The position numbers were made by a program, and so were the translations under genes. 54,762 bases of DNA from Candidatus Heimdallarchaeota archaeon (lineage in GTDB: Archaea > Asgardarchaeota > Heimdallarchaeia > Hodarchaeales > Hodarchaeaceae). A model generated the notes under the pieces. It worked only from the letters and a program-made list of their open reading frames with translations, ran no database searches and was not told the DNA's origin. Positions 46,296 to 54,762 of this stretch are shown here, piece by piece. Location of the stretch: positions 1 to 54,762 of the forward strand of contig JBHLSH010000015.1 of the NCBI GenBank assembly GCA_048881705.1, in the 5' to 3' direction. How positions within the stretch are numbered: the stretch's first letter is position 1; each line of letters opens with the position of its first letter.

Positions 46296-46934
46296 TTACT
46301 TCAATAGAATGGTTAAAAGGGCTCCTGCAATAATAGGAACCGAAATATTATCATTTACGAAATTTCCAGTTGTCAATTCAATGATTGCACAAACTAAAGA
46401 TGTTTGAAAACAAGTTATGCCAATCTGATCAAGGGAAAGTTGCTCAACAGATCTTATCTCGAATAAGGGAATCCAGGGGTTGACAGCAGGATTCATGGAA
46501 ACCCAAGAAACAATAAACACACTGCAGACAAATGCAGAGCCCAAGAAAGTTATGAAACCTTCAAAACTCTTTCCGTTCAATTGTTCAAACCTATGGACTC
46601 CATATCTCGTTCCCACTACATTTGCCAGTCCATCTCCAAAAGCCATGATGACAAAAACAGCAGCAGCTACTCGTAAATCCAAAAATATTACGGATAGTAA
46701 AACCATCAGGACATAAAGGATTGGTCCATGAAGAGTACCACTATCCCGGTCTTCCACCCGTGAAGCCATGACGTCAAATCCCATTTTCCAAACAGAAGGC
46801 CGGGCAATTATTCCTACGAAAAATAGAGCAACTAACACACAGAGTACAGACATCCATCTGGGGAAAATACCCAGTAAAAGGCTTAAAAACCCCATAGAAA
46901 TATGAATAATCTTTCGTTTGGTCTCTTGTTCCAT
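46296..46934 (-). CDS. Dolichol/phytol kinase-like (CTP-dependent, SEC59/DGK1 family) membrane protein
   Basis: RKIIH, GDGLANVVG..YG, GKSFEG, DNISVP. Confidence 0.85.
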   Translation of the reverse strand: MEQETKRKIIHISMGFLSLLLGIFPRWMSVLCVLVALFFVGIIARPSVWKMGFDVMASRVEDRDSGTLHGPILYVLMVLLSVIFLDLRVAAAVFVIMAFGDGLANVVGTRYGVHRFEQLNGKSFEGFITFLGSAFVCSVFIVSWVSMNPAVNPWIPLFEIRSVEQLSLDQIGITCFQTSLVCAIIELTTGNFVNDNISVPIIAGALLTILLK

Positions 46935-47033
46935 AAGCCTCGATTCTCTTGGGAGTTTCTCAATTAAATGTAACTGGTCGAGAATAGAGGAGGAATTATC
47001 GGTTATCCTCTAAACAACACCCTATAAAATAAC

Positions 47034-47282
47034 TTATTTTTCTGCATCCGCAGAGTATAATTCATCTAACCAATCACCATATACATCAACTCTTTCTTCG
47101 ATCGGACGGACTGGTCTTGATGCGTTAGTTTTACACTTGCCACAGGAGATTACAGCAATTCGGTTTTTTCGATTAATATCAATTTGGATAGAATTTGTCG
47201 TTCCGCAAAGGGGGCAATTAAAAACTATGGGAAGAGTTGGGATTGGTCTCGTACGGACGATACGCTTGCGTTTACGACCCAA
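47034..47282 (-). CDS. elf1: Transcription elongation factor Elf1
   Basis: MGRKRK, F.CP.CG, C.KC, DVYGDWLD. Confidence 0.93.
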   Translation of the reverse strand: MGRKRKRIVRTRPIPTLPIVFNCPLCGTTNSIQIDINRKNRIAVISCGKCKTNASRPVRPIEERVDVYGDWLDELYSADAEK

Positions 47283-47292
47283 TTATATACAC

Positions 47293-48483
47293 CTACTTAT
47301 TCTTTCGTCGTGAACGAGGGGGACGCTTTTGTATTTGTTTAATTCGTCTTTCTCTCTTCGATTTTTTGGCTTGTTGCTGTTTTTCACTAGTTGGTTGAGC
47401 ATCAGGGGTAGCGGTAGGACTTTTCTTAGTAATAAGAGGGATTAATTCATCTGATTTAACAATATCTGGTTTTCTACCAGACCCAACCAAAAACAGGCTA
47501 CTACCACCGACAGTAAATACCACTCCGAATGCAGCGATAATCGATAAATAGACAAACATTTCGTCGGTAAATTGAGGAGTGGGACTTGTTAATATGTCTT
47601 CCTTTTGTACAAGCCATTTGACAAGATTTTTCCAGAAAACAGAATTATCCGCACTGGAGTACCATGTAGAGTCCAAAACAGGATCATAAAGATCACTAAA
47701 CATTAAACTTGAACCGCCAACGATTAATTGTCCCTCTTCGATCTGTTCTCCCTCTGAGGCAAATAATGTGATTTCAGTTGAATAAGAATGCGGGGGGCCT
47801 AGGACGGTCTCAGCGTATGCTTCAGAGGATGCAGATATAAGAATTTCACCATCACTGGCAACTGAACAGCTGGTTGTTATTAGGGTGGTTACATTGAAGT
47901 TATCAAAACCCAAGAGTTCGTGGGAGGAGGAGTTCACATCGATCACTAGGTGGGTTGCCATTCCTGCATTGTTAAAATCATTTAGAACTCTATCAGTCCG
48001 CTTTATAACTCCAATATCTCCTGAATAAGTCCAAAAGCCAATTATTGATTCAATTTGAGCCCTTCGTAAGATCCCATTTAGGATGTCTCCACGACCAGTA
48101 AGTGAATCGTTCTCCTCATTTAAAGGATTAGCCAGCAAGAGTGCGGACTCGCCGGAAAGAAGAAATTCTCGCACGTAAAAAAGTTCAGCAACAGAGAATT
48201 CTTTTGTAGGATTGGTTGAGATAAAAAGATCGGTACCTTCCAATGATGTTTCATTAATTGGTTGAGTGTTAAAGACGATTCTTATCCCCAGGTCGGTGAG
48301 AGCGGCCAGCGCATTACCATATAAAGATCGATTGAAAAATTGGCCATGGGCCTCATCAAAAACAACCACTATTCCAGTGTAATCTGTTTTCGGATCTGCT
48401 GATGTATTCGCCATCATGATACTAAAACTGATGAATAAACAGAGGAATACGTAAATCAGGCGTTTTCTTTGTTTAAGAGGCAC
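47293..48483 (-). CDS. Type I membrane protein with extracellular GIFT (GldG/IFT52, DUF4350-like) domain
   Basis: N-terminal signal/TM, VVFDEAHGQ, NP..EFS..E...V..FL..G, LIVGGSSLMFSD, N..F..NL..WL, then TM and basic tail. Confidence 0.65.
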   Translation of the reverse strand: MPLKQRKRLIYVFLCLFISFSIMMANTSADPKTDYTGIVVVFDEAHGQFFNRSLYGNALAALTDLGIRIVFNTQPINETSLEGTDLFISTNPTKEFSVAELFYVREFLLSGESALLLANPLNEENDSLTGRGDILNGILRRAQIESIIGFWTYSGDIGVIKRTDRVLNDFNNAGMATHLVIDVNSSSHELLGFDNFNVTTLITTSCSVASDGEILISASSEAYAETVLGPPHSYSTEITLFASEGEQIEEGQLIVGGSSLMFSDLYDPVLDSTWYSSADNSVFWKNLVKWLVQKEDILTSPTPQFTDEMFVYLSIIAAFGVVFTVGGSSLFLVGSGRKPDIVKSDELIPLITKKSPTATPDAQPTSEKQQQAKKSKRERRIKQIQKRPPRSRRKNK

Positions 48484-48681
48484 ACTAAATTCCTCGACAT
48501 AGATAGAGTCTGGGTTTCGTCCGTTTCTGGATTTCTTATACGAGAGCTTGAGAAAATCTTATATTTTTGTGTCTTGTTTATGCAGGAGGAGGATGCACAA
48601 CAACTAAAAAAGCCATACCAGATTCCTCTAACGGGTTTAAAATTCGAGATAGGGAATTCTATCCTATTTGGAGAAGCAATT

Positions 48682-49131
48682 ATGGTCACAGCTAATATGA
48701 TTCCTAGTAAGTTACTGATTGAAGCAATGTCGGCCGAATTAAAGCAAAATCAGGATGTTTTCAAGCCCCCAGAATGGGCACCGTTTGTTAAATTAAGTGT
48801 TGCAAGGCAAAATGCTCCAGAAAATAGGGGAGACTGGTGGTACAGTCGCGTCGCTTCGGTACTAAGGAAGATTTACCTTCACGAGCCCATTGGTGTTTTA
48901 CATTTACGGAAGATGTACGGGTCAAGGCGAAATAGGGGAAGCAAACCGGAGAGAACGTTTAGTGGCTCTGGTGCAGTAGTTAGGCATGCAATTCATCAAT
49001 TAGAAAAAGCCGGGTATGTCACAACACGAGCGGGCTATAAGGGACGAGTCATGTCTCCAGAAGGACGGTCATTTGTAGACAATATCGCTTTCCAAGTGAA
49101 AAAGCAGATCCCCGAACTCGAAAAGTATTGA
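48682..49131 (+). CDS. rps19e: 30S ribosomal protein eS19
   Basis: PPEWAPFVK, WWY.R.AS.LRKIY, GSG...R....QLE.AG, GR..SP.GRS. Start ATG 48682. Confidence 0.96.
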   Translation: MVTANMIPSKLLIEAMSAELKQNQDVFKPPEWAPFVKLSVARQNAPENRGDWWYSRVASVLRKIYLHEPIGVLHLRKMYGSRRNRGSKPERTFSGSGAVVRHAIHQLEKAGYVTTRAGYKGRVMSPEGRSFVDNIAFQVKKQIPELEKY

Positions 49132-49250
49132 CTAATCCAATTCTTAAGATTTTAATTTGGTAGGTTATAATCCATATAATGACAAAAAAACACATAAATA
49201 TCTCTCTATGGTAATAAAATCAAGATAGAGAGGCAACCTGAAAGGTTGGT

Positions 49251-49598
49251 ATGAAGTTGTCGGAAGAAGATCCTGAATTAGAGGCCCTTAGAAAGAAGCG
49301 TCTAGCTCAGCTCCAGAATGAGCAGGTGGCCCAAGCACAACAGGAAGAACAAGAACGCCAAATAGAACAACAACGTCAGATGGTTCTAAAGGGGATTTTG
49401 ACGAATGCTGCTCGTGAGCGGTTAGCTCGTATTAAACTAGCCCGACCTACTGAAGCAACAGCCCTGGAAAACCAATTGATTACTTTAGCCCAGACAAGAA
49501 GGCTATCAGAGAAAATAAATGATACCCAGCTAAAACAGCTTTTGCAACAACTAACCCAAACCAAGCGTGAAAGTAAAATCACATTTAAACGACGATAA
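49251..49598 (+). CDS. PDCD5/TFAR19-like DNA-binding protein
   Basis: ELEALRKKRLAQL, ILT..ARERLARIKLARP, I.D.QLK.LL; typical neighbour of eS19. Confidence 0.93.
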   Translation: MKLSEEDPELEALRKKRLAQLQNEQVAQAQQEEQERQIEQQRQMVLKGILTNAARERLARIKLARPTEATALENQLITLAQTRRLSEKINDTQLKQLLQQLTQTKRESKITFKRR

Positions 49599-49615
49599 GG
49601 TAGGTAACGCAAAAA

Positions 49616-50071
49616 ATGACCTCCCTTGTTCAATTTTCATGGTCTCGGCTTGATGGCATTGGCCTGATCCTCGCTGTCTTCGGATTAACATTGGCCGCCC
49701 AAATCCCCCTTTCGCTTTTCGCGTTATTAATCCTCAACTTTGAATTTAGTACCCATGTAATTGCGATGACGGGAAGTATCCTTGGAGGCTCCATCGTAAT
49801 GACGACGATTATCTGTACAATTTCAGAAGATTGGTGGATCCAGCCATCTCCTACACCTCCTACGTTACAACGCGTCTTATCGCTTACATTACTCTTTATA
49901 TTCCTCTTTTTTGGAGGTTTTCTAGTATTCTTTTTTATGGAACCCTTCTTTCCTCCAGAAATTAGTGAGATTTCCCCATTTCAACGCTTTTTTTCGGCAT
50001 ACTTGTTCGCGTTAACCTTGATTGGCATACTTATTATAGTTGTAAATCGTATTAGACGGTTTTTTATTTAG
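49616..50071 (+). CDS. Hypothetical 4-TM membrane protein
   Basis: Four hydrophobic segments. Confidence 0.65.
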   Translation: MTSLVQFSWSRLDGIGLILAVFGLTLAAQIPLSLFALLILNFEFSTHVIAMTGSILGGSIVMTTIICTISEDWWIQPSPTPPTLQRVLSLTLLFIFLFFGGFLVFFFMEPFFPPEISEISPFQRFFSAYLFALTLIGILIIVVNRIRRFFI

Positions 50072-50074
50072 TAG

Positions 50075-50902
50075 TTGGTTGGATTCGCCCGTTTCCAAAG
50101 GTCTTTGGTCGGAAGATGTGTAATATTGCCTGATCCAGTTAAAACGGATAAAACAGGAGTAGATTTATGTCATACTATCTTCTATTTCGATGAGATCGGC
50201 TCTACAAACAGACTAGCAAAAAAGTTCGTGGAAAAACAGGCTCAAATAGGAGTTGCGATCGTGGCAGCAACTCAAACCGCCGGTAAAGGTTATAAGGATG
50301 ATTTCTGGGAATCCCCGCGTGGGGGGTTATGGGCATCTTTGGCAATCAGGCCCGAAATTGAGTTGCGATATATCGGATTGGTGCCAATAATAGCTGCAGT
50401 GGGCATCGCACGAGCCTTGCAGAACTTTGAAATTACTCCGCTTCTTAAATGGCCCAATGATCTTCTAGTTACCAGTAATCATAAAAAATTGGGAGGAATC
50501 ATAGTTGAAAGTAGCGTCACACAATTTTCCTTAAATTATCTGATTATCGGATTCGGCTTGAACCTCAATACTCGCTTGAATCAGTATTCCCGATCACTTC
50601 GGGATAGGGTTACTTCAACATTAGAGGAACTTCAACGCGAAATCCCCCTCGATGAATTATTACTGGAGATCATCAAGAAAACTGTGGGTGGTATTGATGA
50701 ATTAAAGACCCATGGTGTTCAGGCCCTTCTTGATGCATGGAAAGGTTTTCCCAATATTCTCGGTATGAAGGTTCAAGTTCTTACTCGAGATCAAGACTAT
50801 GAAGGAACTGCTATTGGACTCGGCAAATATGGTCACTTGATCCTGAAAACTCCTGAATCTCAGGAAGTGGCCCTTTCAAATGGTACAGTAATGCTTCTTT
50901 AG
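50075..50902 (+). CDS. birA: Biotin-protein ligase (no HTH)
   Basis: IGSTN, QTAGKG...W.SP.GGL, KWPND, KLGGI, IGFGLN; start uncertain (TTG 50075 or 50126). Confidence 0.9.
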   Translation: MVGFARFQRSLVGRCVILPDPVKTDKTGVDLCHTIFYFDEIGSTNRLAKKFVEKQAQIGVAIVAATQTAGKGYKDDFWESPRGGLWASLAIRPEIELRYIGLVPIIAAVGIARALQNFEITPLLKWPNDLLVTSNHKKLGGIIVESSVTQFSLNYLIIGFGLNLNTRLNQYSRSLRDRVTSTLEELQREIPLDELLLEIIKKTVGGIDELKTHGVQALLDAWKGFPNILGMKVQVLTRDQDYEGTAIGLGKYGHLILKTPESQEVALSNGTVMLL

Positions 50903-50926
50903 TGTGCATTTCTTTTTAATGCCGGT

Positions 50927-51526
50927 GTGATTATACTGTCTTCCTCATACAATATCTTGACAGGACAAAACTCAGTTCTTAGGGGATTAATAGCAGAGGA
51001 GTTTGTTCGATACTTTATGAGCCAGCAATTTCCGCTGCTCGTTCTTCGCCCGAAAATTGTCCTCCGATACTTAGACGATACAAATATTCGGGGACGAACC
51101 GTGAATTTTGTTCGGAAGTACCAGCAAACTATGGATTTCTTCGGTTTAGGCCCCATTGATGAAAGCATGTTACTTCAAAGATCAGCAAAAGACCTCCTCA
51201 CATCTTGGTTCTATATGAACGAAGGCCTACCTCGCTTTTTCCAAGATGATGACTATGTACTTCGCCTACATGGATTTGCGATCGAAGTAAAATCACGAAC
51301 AACGTCAAAAATATGGAGTTCATTTCAATATAATTTTTCGCCAAATCAGGAAAACATGTTTGAAGAATGCAACGAGGTTGGTCTGCAATCCATTCTTTGT
51401 GGTGTTACTTTTGGGGCAAATTGGGATATATCCATTGTTTTTGCAAATCACAGAGGCAAGATCATACCGATGGTGAATTTATTGAATGATTTGACAGAAT
51501 CCACACCAGAAAAATCAGTGGAGTAA
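50927..51526 (+). CDS. PD-(D/E)xK nuclease-fold protein
   Basis: IAEEFV...MDFF...FAIEVKS pattern. Confidence 0.5.
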   Translation: MIILSSSYNILTGQNSVLRGLIAEEFVRYFMSQQFPLLVLRPKIVLRYLDDTNIRGRTVNFVRKYQQTMDFFGLGPIDESMLLQRSAKDLLTSWFYMNEGLPRFFQDDDYVLRLHGFAIEVKSRTTSKIWSSFQYNFSPNQENMFEECNEVGLQSILCGVTFGANWDISIVFANHRGKIIPMVNLLNDLTESTPEKSVE

Positions 51527-51555
51527 CCCGTATTACGGTTGAAAGGAAGCGTCCA

Positions 51556-51792
51556 TCAATCTATCTTAATTTTATGCCATTTTTTTGGACTTTGTGATTT
51601 TTGGAGAGGTTTCACTGGCTTTTGTTTTGGAGATGATGGTCTTTGGGCATATTGCCTTTCGATATTTCTTGCTGTCATCTGAGATATCTTGGTGTTGATT
51701 AGCTGTAATTCCTGAGCATTCGGTCGATATTTCTTTAAAATATTCTGAAATTCGATTAGAATTTGATTTATCTTGTCCTTATCGAGAATCAA
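51556..51792 (-). CDS. Small hypothetical basic protein
   Basis: 78-aa ORF with helical N-half and K/P-rich tail. Confidence 0.4.
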   Translation of the reverse strand: MILDKDKINQILIEFQNILKKYRPNAQELQLINTKISQMTARNIERQYAQRPSSPKQKPVKPLQKSQSPKKWHKIKID

Positions 51793-52059
51793 GGATACCT
51801 CCAGGATGCATATGGTTTTACTGGTCGTTTAAGGATAAATTATTTGTCCAATAATACCATCCGTCATTAAAATCGGATTTTTGATAGTAATAATATCCTT
51901 TATTCTGACAAAAACAACCAAGACCACGATTATCAACTTTTTTTTTAAAAGGTAGCTAAAAACGACCAGATAAGATTATTTTAATAGGAATTCATGTATT
52001 GCACAGACAGAACTGAAATAATCGTCTTTAATATGCTTTCTTTAAATAGGGTGTAATTA

Positions 52060-54495
52060 TTGCCAAAATTTACCATTGAAGCAGCCCAAAAACTGCTTTA
52101 TAACCAAAACCTGGTTAGAAATCTAGGAGTTATCGCCCATATCGACCATGGGAAGAGTACCTTGACTGATTCGCTACTAGCTGCAAGTGGCCTCCTGGCG
52201 GAAAAGATTGCAGGAGAAGCTCGGGCCACCGACACACGTGAGGATGAACAAGAACGTGGTATTACCATCAAGACTACGGGAATTTCCCTAGTTCACGATT
52301 TTGCTGGTGAAACATATCTAATCAACCTACAGGATACTCCTGGACATGTTGACTTTTCGGGTGAGGTGACCTCTGCATTGCGAGTGGTTGATGGAGCCTT
52401 GGTGGTTGTAGATGCAGTTGAAGGTGTGATGGTCCAGACCGAGGTTGTCACTAGGCAGGCATTGATAGAACGGGTTCGACCAGTATTAATCATCAATAAG
52501 GTCGATCGTTTGATCACTGAAATGCGTATGAGTCCAGAAGATGCCTATGAACAGTTTAAGAAGATTATTAAGGAATTTAATACTCTGATTGAAACCTACG
52601 CTCCTCAAGAGTATAAGAAAACTTGGAATGTCGATCCTCGAGAGGGGACTGTGGCTTTTGGCTCTGCCATTCACCGATTCGGACTTACAATCCCTGCATT
52701 GGCCGATATATGGCATGAAAAAACAGGCCAACCAGTTGATACATTGATAAAGAACCTCTGGAAGAAGACAAACTTTGTTAACGGAGTTCTCAAACCTGCA
52801 TATGAAATCTATGAAAAAGCGGAAGCAAAGGATATAGACGCACTTAAAAAGGTTGCTGACCAGCTCACTCTAAAGGTAGACGAATCCGTGTACTTAGAAA
52901 GCCCAAAGCGCATAGCTAAGGCCCTTTTAGAGAAATGGCTCCCAGTAGAAAAAGCAGTTCTTGATATGGTTGTTCAGTTTTGTCCATCTCCAAAAAAAGC
53001 ACAGGAATATAGATTCAAAAGCTTTTGGGAAGGTGATATGGCGAGTAAAGAGGCTAAGGGACTCATTGAATGTGATAAAGATGCTCCTGTAATGATTTCA
53101 ATTTCAAAAATGATTCCAGGACGAGCTAAACGTATCATTGCTATGGGACGTATTTTTTCTGGAACTGTTAGGGCAGGCCAAAAGATTACAGCACTTCTAC
53201 CAGGATATCAGTTGGGAAGTAAAGAGCGGTCATTTGTTACGAACATTCAACAAGTTTCTATGTTAATGGGGGCTAAACCTGAAAAAGTTGAGGCTATTCC
53301 AGCTGGAAACATTGTAGCTTTACAAGGTCTTCGTGGAGCGACCGCCAGCAGTACCATAACCACGAACGAGGCGGCTCAACCTTTCAATGCGCTTTCTTAT
53401 GCTGTAGAGCCCGTGGTAACCATTGCAATTGAGGCAAAATCGCCTAGCGAACTTCCCAAGCTCGCAGAAGGGTTACAATTATTGGAACTAGTAGATCCCT
53501 CACTTCGTACAAAAGTCAATGAAGAAACAGGGGAATTTTTGGTTTCAGGAACCGGAGAATTACATCTGGAGATCGCAGTCAAGGATCTTCAAGATTTACA
53601 GAGGATTGAGGTCACTCAATCTGATCCTATTGTGGTTTTTCGAGAATCAGTGCAGGCAGAATCCTATATGCAAGCATTGGCAAAATCACCTAATAAGCAC
53701 AACAGATTATGGGTCAGAGCAGCTCCATTAGATCCCAAAATCATCAAACTGATTGAAAACAAAACAATTGGACAGTACACAGACCGTCGTGATATGGGTC
53801 GTATCTTACGAGATGAAGCAGGTTGGGATTCCAAAATTGGGCGTAAAGTATGGGGAATGGGTCCAGAGGAAGATTCTCCAAACTTTTACCTTGACAGTAC
53901 AAAAGGAGTACAATATTTGCGTGAGGTCAAGGATTATATTGTCCAAGGATTTAGATGGGCTGCAAAGGAAGGACCTCTCTGTGGGGAACCATTCTATGGT
54001 GTTCAGTTCATGCTCGAGGATGTCAAGCTTCACGAAGATCCGGTTCACCGTGGAGCAGGCCAGGTGATGCCCGTAAGTCGACGTGCGTGTTTTGGAGCGA
54101 TGTTATTGGCGGATCCAATTTTACTGGAGCCAATTTACAAGGTTCAGGTTCAAGTTCCAGAACAATACCTTGGTAATGTGTATAAAGTTCTTACAAAGCG
54201 TCGTGGAAGGGTCATTGATACTCAAAAGCGCGAAGGAACCCCTCTTAATGTTATCATTGCTGAAGTACCTGTTACAGAATCCTTTGGTATCACCACTGAA
54301 CTGAGATCAGAAACATCGGGCTTTGCTTTTTCCCAGATGGTCTTTGCTAGATGGGAAAAGATCCCTGGCGATCCGACCAAAGATGAAGAGCAAGGGGGCA
54401 GTTTAGCCCGAAAATACGTATTAGAGACTAGAAAGCGAAAAGGATTCCACAACCCACTCCCACCAAAACCAGAGGACTATTACGACAAATTATAG
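52060..54495 (+). CDS. fusA: Elongation factor 2 (eukaryote-like indels, diphthamide His retained)
   Basis: AHIDHGKST, ERGITIK, DTPGHVDF, NKVD, GELHLE, KSPNKHN, LHEDPVHRG, ends YYDKL. Confidence 0.98.
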   Translation: MPKFTIEAAQKLLYNQNLVRNLGVIAHIDHGKSTLTDSLLAASGLLAEKIAGEARATDTREDEQERGITIKTTGISLVHDFAGETYLINLQDTPGHVDFSGEVTSALRVVDGALVVVDAVEGVMVQTEVVTRQALIERVRPVLIINKVDRLITEMRMSPEDAYEQFKKIIKEFNTLIETYAPQEYKKTWNVDPREGTVAFGSAIHRFGLTIPALADIWHEKTGQPVDTLIKNLWKKTNFVNGVLKPAYEIYEKAEAKDIDALKKVADQLTLKVDESVYLESPKRIAKALLEKWLPVEKAVLDMVVQFCPSPKKAQEYRFKSFWEGDMASKEAKGLIECDKDAPVMISISKMIPGRAKRIIAMGRIFSGTVRAGQKITALLPGYQLGSKERSFVTNIQQVSMLMGAKPEKVEAIPAGNIVALQGLRGATASSTITTNEAAQPFNALSYAVEPVVTIAIEAKSPSELPKLAEGLQLLELVDPSLRTKVNEETGEFLVSGTGELHLEIAVKDLQDLQRIEVTQSDPIVVFRESVQAESYMQALAKSPNKHNRLWVRAAPLDPKIIKLIENKTIGQYTDRRDMGRILRDEAGWDSKIGRKVWGMGPEEDSPNFYLDSTKGVQYLREVKDYIVQGFRWAAKEGPLCGEPFYGVQFMLEDVKLHEDPVHRGAGQVMPVSRRACFGAMLLADPILLEPIYKVQVQVPEQYLGNVYKVLTKRRGRVIDTQKREGTPLNVIIAEVPVTESFGITTELRSETSGFAFSQMVFARWEKIPGDPTKDEEQGGSLARKYVLETRKRKGFHNPLPPKPEDYYDKL

Positions 54496-54762
54496 AGCCA
54501 AGGTATCCCTTCCGCCCACCTACTACCTGTTCCATTTCTTTTTCTATCATATTTCCTACTCTGGATTCTATTGAGATATAAATTCGAAAATATATTCATA
54601 AGCACTGTTCAACACAATAAAATTGGAGGGCCAACCAAAGATTCCTATATTTTGAATGAGTGGTCTCTTATCCCACACTATAATGTTTTTAAGACTAAAT
54701 CCTACCTCTTCCAAAGAAGGAACCAATGCTGGCTGGATAAAAAACGGAACCACATCCCTGAT

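Noticed and set aside
48469-48681. 71-aa extension of eS19
   Set aside because: Homology begins at MVTANM (48682); the extension spans a divergent promoter region and overlaps the GIFT gene start.
52060-54495. Eukaryotic contamination as the source of the eukaryote-like EF-2
   Set aside because: No introns, TTG start, archaeal-type neighbours and otherwise archaeal EF-2 sequence on a continuous contig.
54568-54753. 61-aa ORF at the window end
   Set aside because: No recognisable motif, AT-rich terminator-like context, and it may be truncated by the window edge.
1-54762. CRISPR arrays, IS elements/transposases, integrases, rRNA, JAB deubiquitinase
   Set aside because: No regularly spaced repeats, transposase motifs, rRNA-like sequence or JAMM (HxHx7Sx2D) motif seen in any ORF.

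Overview
Intron-free, densely packed archaeal genomic DNA from an Asgard archaeon, most likely Heimdallarchaeia/Hodarchaeales-like (inferred from the eukaryote-like EF-2 and the ESP content). Bases 1-15 kb are a ubiquitin-ESCRT-small-GTPase neighbourhood: Vps25, Vps4, two ESCRT-III genes, Vps22/36, Vps28, UEV-Vps23, a longin-Rab fusion, Yip1, E1, pro-ubiquitin, a KaiC-like ATPase, an Arf-like GTPase and a RING E3. It also holds a 448-aa protein (FYVE-like Zn finger + coiled coil + GLUE/PH-like domain + steadiness-box-like hairpin) that I propose as an unrecognised ESCRT-I/ESCRT-0-like membrane adaptor. A shared GAAAG-N7-CTTTC palindrome lies upstream of both the ubiquitin-E1 and the Vps23-Vps28 gene pairs. 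Bases 15.6-24 kb carry a complete 2-oxoacid dehydrogenase operon, a lipoate ligase and a ubiquitin E2. Bases 25-54.7 kb are mostly translation/RNA housekeeping: metG, eS30 (missed by the ORF track), eL42, eS6, eS19, aIF2-gamma, aIF5B, SRP19, RlmE with an interrupted 5' end, Trm1, RPA, Elf1, EF-2 and three tRNAs, including an intron-containing initiator tRNA. Other points of interest are a HipA/PI4K-II-like kinase directly after metG, a Met-rich micro-ORF with stem and U-tract upstream of metG, and a PP-loop-degenerate ThiI. I saw no CRISPR array, transposase or rRNA. All family assignments come from motif recognition by eye and memory; no searches were run.
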